64,000 bases of DNA from Owenia fusiformis (lineage: Eukaryota): assembly GCA_903813345.2 (NCBI GenBank), contig CAIIXF020000001.1, positions 6,634,001 through 6,698,000 on the forward strand. The letters are read 5' to 3'. The notes under the pieces are model-generated. The model was not told the DNA's origin. It made no database searches and worked only from the letters and a program-made list of their open reading frames with translations. Below, one piece after another: positions 58,540 to 64,000 of the stretch. The translations under genes and the position numbers were made by a program. Every line of letters begins with the position of its first letter. The first letter of the stretch is position 1.

Positions 58540-58858
58540 ACAAAACTCAAATGCAACATATTTAAGGGAAGTTTCTGGATTCTCAACAGTTGTAAAATCT
58601 CACTTAATTTCGATCCAATAACCTCCTCTCTTTTTGCATTGTTGATTGGTGAAGGCAAGATAAAAGAAAATAACATTAAAAGCAAGAAGAAAACGGCCTT
58701 CTAAACTCTCGACCAACAAAGTATGTTTTTGCACAATTTAAAAAACTTTTATAGTTTTGAGGATTGCCTTTTTAGTCATAATTTAAATGTTAATCACCAT
58801 CTGCACTGTCTGTACTAGGTGCTTGATGCAGAACATGCAAGAGGTATAGAGTTATGTA

Positions 58859-59343
58859 CGAGGGTTGTCCAAGAAGTTAAGAACTAATTGCTCTCTAACT
58901 CAAGAGATGGTTACATTGTAGCCACCATTTTTATGATCACCACCAGAAGGGGTGACATATTGTGATAGTCTTTTTGTGGTTGGTGTTTGGCATTTGTTGG
59001 GTGGCATCTGTAACAAAGGGCAAGTGGTGACATTTTTCATATTGATTGAAGTTATAGAAATCATGTTCTGTTGCTAGGCTACTATGATTCAGTAAAAGTT
59101 ACCCTGTCATGGTCTAAAATTTTTGCATCCAATGGACGTAAGTTATTTCTGATTTTTCCATCCAACCTTCTGAAATTTCCACAAAAAAAGAGAAAAACGG
59201 GATCAATTTAAAATTTGAATACATGTATTTTGTTTTGAAATTCAGTATAATAATGAGAAGTTTTCTGAACACTATTCTAAAGAAATTTCAGCCTCGAATA
59301 CTAAAAACTCAGCAAGTAGTTAAGGCCTTTGGTTCAACCCTCA
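58859..59343. mobile_element. mariner-like MITE downstream of the schnurri stop codon
   Basis: TA|CGAGGGTTG ... CAACCCTCA|TA: short imperfect TIRs with TA flanks. Confidence 0.55.
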
Positions 59344-59585
59344 TACATGTGTACAACAAGGAGAAGATCATGTATTTAACATTTTGTACCTGCACAAAAA
59401 ATATGCCTGCTTGTGTCTGAGTGAATCATTGTTATATTAGTGGCTACTGTTCCATATACATGTATTGTGGGCATTAGGGGTGGATGAATTAGATCTTCTG
59501 TTTCTGTTCCCTATGTACTGAAAGAATCTAGGCCTGACCCACCTGGGTTACCTGTACTTGTGGACACAATAGTGTATCTTGGCCT

Positions 59586-61060
59586 TTTTATTATCGCACT
59601 TTGAAAAAGTGCTATATTGTCGTCGTCTTGTGCTGTTGGGCGGGCGTGCGGTTGTGCGGGCGTGCGGGCGGCACATAAACCAAATCTTGTCATCAAATTT
59701 CCAGGATAACTGCTTACCTGTTCAACTTGAAATTTTTACAGATGCAAGAGCAGACTAGTACCAAGATCTGATTAGGTTAAGGGCATGCTGGGTAAACTAC
59801 GTGGCGGCCATTTTGAATTTTTCAACAAATCTTGTCATCAAAATTCCAGGAAAACCACTTATCCGTTCAACTTGAAATTTTTACAGATGCAAGAGCAGAC
59901 TATTGTCAAGATCTGATTAGGTTTTGGGTATGCTGGATGAATTACATGGTGGCCATTTTGAATTTTTCAATTTGGCGGCCATTTTGAATTTTTCAACTTG
60001 CTCCAAATTGACCAAATTTTTTTTTTTAAAAACATCTACAAGTTCTCAGAAGTTCAAATCTGACCTTAGATTTCAGATTTGACCTTTCATCCACCTTCAG
60101 TGACCTTGAAAAGGTCAAAAAAGTTGATTTTTTAAATTGATATTTTGGATTTAAATTTAGGTCAGCTTAATTACAAAACACCTACTGAGGTCTGAAAAAG
60201 TGAAATTTTCAAGGTCGAAGGTCAAGGTCATTAAACTAGGTCACAAATGATGTTATCCAAGTTTCTCAAAGTTTGAGACTACAAATCAATTCTTGTCATC
60301 AAAATTCCAAGAAAACCGCTAACCTGTTCAACTTGAAATTTTTACACATGCAATAGCAGACTAGTGCCAAGATCTGATTAGGTTTAGGGCATGCTGGGTA
60401 AACTACGTGGTGGCCATTTTGAATTTTTCAACAAATCTTGTCATCAAAATTCCAGGAAAACCACTTATCCGTTCAACTTGAATTTTTTACAGATGCAAGA
60501 GCAGACTATTGCCAAGATCTGATCAGGTTTTGGGTATGCTGGCTGAATAACATGGTGGCCATTTTGAATTTTTCAATTTGGCGGCCATTTTGAATTTTTC
60601 AACTTGCTCCAAGTTGACCAAATTTTTTTTTTTAAAAAACATCTACAAGTTCTCAGAAGTTCAAATCTGACCTTAGATTTCAGATTGGACCTTTCGTTGA
60701 CCTTCAGTGACCTTTAAAAGGTCAAAAATTTGATTTTCTAAATTGATATTTTGGATTTAAATTTAGGTCAGCTTAATTACAAAACACCCACTGAGGTCTG
60801 AAAAAGTGAAATTTTCAAGGTCGAAGGTCATCAAATAAGGTCACAAACAATGTTATCTAAATTTTCCCAAAGTTCAAGACTACAAATAAATTCTTGTCAT
60901 CAAAATTGCAGGAAAACCGCTAACCTTGTCAACTTGAAATATTTACAGATGCAAGAGCAGACTAGTGCCAAGGTCTGATTAGGTTTTTGCCATGCTGGGT
61001 AAATTGCATGGTGGCCAGTTTGCTCTTCAAAGTGCGATATTTATCACTGTGTGTCTTGTT
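59586..61060 (+). mobile_element. HINE/DINE-like element, family 2, with a higher-order internal repeat
   Basis: 5' subTIR ATCGCACTTTGAA (59593-59605) with hairpin GCACTTT..AAAGTGC; GCGG/GCGT microsatellite ~59635-59672; ~146-bp monomers inside a ~605-bp unit repeated ~2.3 times; 3' subTIR TTCAAAGTGCGAT (61026-61038); CTTGTT end. Confidence 0.75.
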
Positions 61061-61999
61061 AAAATTGCTTTGTTGCCTTGTAAAGGAGTCTGAATGATAA
61101 AATTGAGGGTTGTGTTTGAACTGGATTTAGATATTAAGTGTACATGTGGATTGTATGGTGTTATTTTCTAATAATGAAATCCTATGTCATTTTTACCTTT
61201 ATTTCTATGAAATAATTAAAATCAAAATGGATTGGCTTGACAAAGTAACTTAAATCAGGGTTCAACTTGGGTTAAGATAATTGAACATTTTATTTTCAAT
61301 GGTATTCTGACAAGACAGGTTTTATTTGAGTATTTTCAAGAAAGGCATACAGTATACCATGTATACTCATACTGGATAGACAATGAGTCTGTGAGAATAA
61401 CAAAAGATGTAGCTTGTGGAAATTGGTTATTTTCCGTTAATTTCCATCATAGACGGCTACAAGATAATAGCTATAAAAAGATAAAACAGTTTTATAATGC
61501 TTGTTGTATAACCATAAACGCTATATTATATGAAGTATTAATAAGTATTTCAACCAGTCATTACTGGTTATGAATGCATTCTGTATTATGTAATTATGAT
61601 TCAACGTATTGAAATATATATTTTTATGTTACATTGTTATATAAATCTTTGTATCTTTGGTTTTACATCTATGTTCATTGCCAGGGATGAGGCAATCATG
61701 TACATGTATCAAACAATTGAGTTGTTCAAAAAGTTTTACACAAAACTTCTCAAAAGAAGGGATTTTATTATTTTACATAAAAATAGTGACAACTTGACAG
61801 TGCATGGAAAAAAAGGTTGTGAAAAGAAATCAAGAACTCCGCGGAGTAGCAAAACCCACCCAACAAAATATATTTTATTATATACCTTGTCATTTTGGAC
61901 ATTAAATAGTAGTTGAATATAGTTTTGTCTCATCTTGGAAAAATTTACTTAGTGAAGGCCTGACTATAAGGTATTTGACCAAATCTTGTAACTCACTGG

Positions 62000-62616
62000 T
62001 ATTTGCTTTATCAAAAAAATCATCATTTTCTCGAGTCCTATGCCAATAAGGCATCAACACGTAAAAGTTTAACTGAATCTGACAATTAGTATTAGCTGAG
62101 TTATTGAAATATTAATTTTCATGAAATAAGGTTGCCATTTTTAATTCAGCAGTCATTTTGAAAATTTCTTCTTGAAGTGATTTCTTTGTCCATATGGCAT
62201 CTTATAAAATTTGAACAAAACCTGTCAACTGGTATTTGAGCTATTAATATTACAAAAATTACATTTTTAACAAAAAATGGTGGCCATTTTGAATTTAGGA
62301 GCCATCTTGAAAATTCCTCCTGAAGCAGTCTTATGTCACTAAAGCATGTAACATGTTAAATGTGAACCAAATCTGTTGACTGGTATTTGAGTTATCAAAG
62401 ATTACATTTTTTCGAAAAAATGGTGGCCATTTTGAATTGAGCAGACATATTGAAAATTCCTTCTCGAGCATATAGTCCTACATCCATACGACATATGCCT
62501 ATAAAACCAAATCTGTCAACTGGTATTTGAGTTATCGCTGGTTAAACGAATGTAAGGATGAATCCACAGATCGACAGATTGCTTCTCGATATCCCTATGA
62601 ACTTTGTTGGGATAAT
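62000..62616 (-). mobile_element. HINE family 1, degenerate or truncated copy
   Basis: Reverse-complement match to the 146-bp monomer (ACTGGTATTTGAGTTATCAAAG, AAAATGGTGGCCATTTTGAA, CTTCTCGAGCA) and to the element's 5' end (GTTGGGATAAT). The left boundary is approximate. Confidence 0.65.
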
Positions 62617-64000
62617 GACACAACATGCAAGTATGTATAACCTGATAACAGATCCAGTAGATGCTTTTGAAAAACACAAGGGCTACATGTTATTAATAAT
62701 AGAAACAATATCTCTTTTATTGTTTTATCAGAATTATTATACCAGATTGCAATAAATAGTTATGAATGCATGTTTTTTGTATTTGTGGGTATTTTCTCTC
62801 CCATGCTGAGGAGGGTCCCTGTAAATTGCAGCCAGACTCCTGAGGTCAATGCAACCAACTCCTATATATTGTTGCTACAAATTGTAGCTCCATTGTAACC
62901 AATTTTAACCAAGAAGAGTTAGGGTCACTCGGAGGCTGGTTGCAGTTTGCATACTTCGTGCTGAGAATCATCACTATGTGAACATATTTCTGTAATAGCA
63001 AACACATTAATTATTTCTATTTTTACGTTTTATAACCCTAAGTAGCAAATGAAACACAACATAAATCTGGTTGTACTAAGTTTCTGTTTACTTAATTATT
63101 TATCAAGATATATTGTTTTACTTGACATGATATTAAGCAAGTATAACCGATTTAGAGAGTCAATCTATACCTTTCCCAGTTCAATTGGCAAACAACAGTT
63201 TTTGCATGTTTTGTAAAATATCAACACTTCGTGGATCTATAGCACTCAATGAGCAGTATTAGACACATTTTCTCAGCTGTATTAATGATTTCAGATTGGT
63301 ATTGTCTAGAACTGGAGATACAACATTTCAAAGTGTTTCATCTCTTTGTTTGAGTAATGCCGCTATTCAAGGGTGTCACTCAATGTCACAGAGATGGAAA
63401 TTGTCATGATGAAATTTGCATTCCTCATCATTTAGAGAGATGAAGTGAGATACAGTGATTGTGATTACACAAGCTTTTCAATTTTGTCAAAGGTTTGCAT
63501 AAAAAGGTCCTGTAAGTTTGAACGTGCCGATTGAACAGGGTCTAAAATAGTTCTTTGGCCACTCAGCTCACATGGTAAGGTACATATGGTCAATAAAAGT
63601 GGACGCCATAATATAGTTAACTTTAAAAGTTTTAAAATTTAAAGGAAATCAATGTAATGCTTTCAGGCTTCTTGTATAATTGCAAGCAACTTAATGGGGT
63701 CATGACCAAAAATTTAAAAGCTGATTTTTAACAATATATGTGGACATGTGTTAAAACTTCTATAGTCACATTATTGAAGTGAAACAAATTGAATTGAGTC
63801 AAAGGATTGTGCCACCAATGTTTAAACTTCTAAATGACAAGTGAGTGACAATCACAGCTTACCCATGTGACCTAATAATGTAACCCACAAACATGACAAA
63901 CTCATAATCTAATCATTGCTGAAAAACATTACTACATGTACATATGAAAGGCATATTATGTACAACTTCTGTAAGGGAAAGAATGAGGCCTTTGATCGAC

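Overview
AT-rich, intron-rich animal (invertebrate-like) nuclear DNA, not prokaryotic, with no CRISPR array. Four spliced protein-coding genes were reconstructed by hand with phase-consistent GT-AG junctions. (1) A rolling-stone-like membrane protein gene (- strand; first coding exon 18067-18150, ~17.8 kb intron, next exon 292 to <1). (2) Cytoplasmic methionyl-tRNA synthetase MARS1 (+; 17 exons visible, 19875-38548; 5' exons not found in the window) ending in two WHEP domains. (3) A complete type-B carboxylesterase (-; 32679-35555) nested antisense in a MARS1 intron. (4) A ~2508-aa Schnurri/HIVEP protein (+; 44130-58539) with 13 zinc fingers. Because MARS1's 5' end seems to lie upstream of the window, the rolling-stone gene is probably a second antisense gene nested in MARS1. 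Non-coding DNA holds a 5'-truncated CR1/L2-group LINE inside nested foldback elements, a possible 9.2-kb TTAA-flanked element with ~1.1-kb inverted arms, Helentron-associated (HINE/DINE-like) elements with ~146-bp tandem arrays, many MITEs, a 61-bp CCAAT-rich satellite (~33 copies) just upstream of schnurri, and a 40-bp repeat giving five copies of a schnurri splice donor. All family assignments come from motif recognition; no database search was run.
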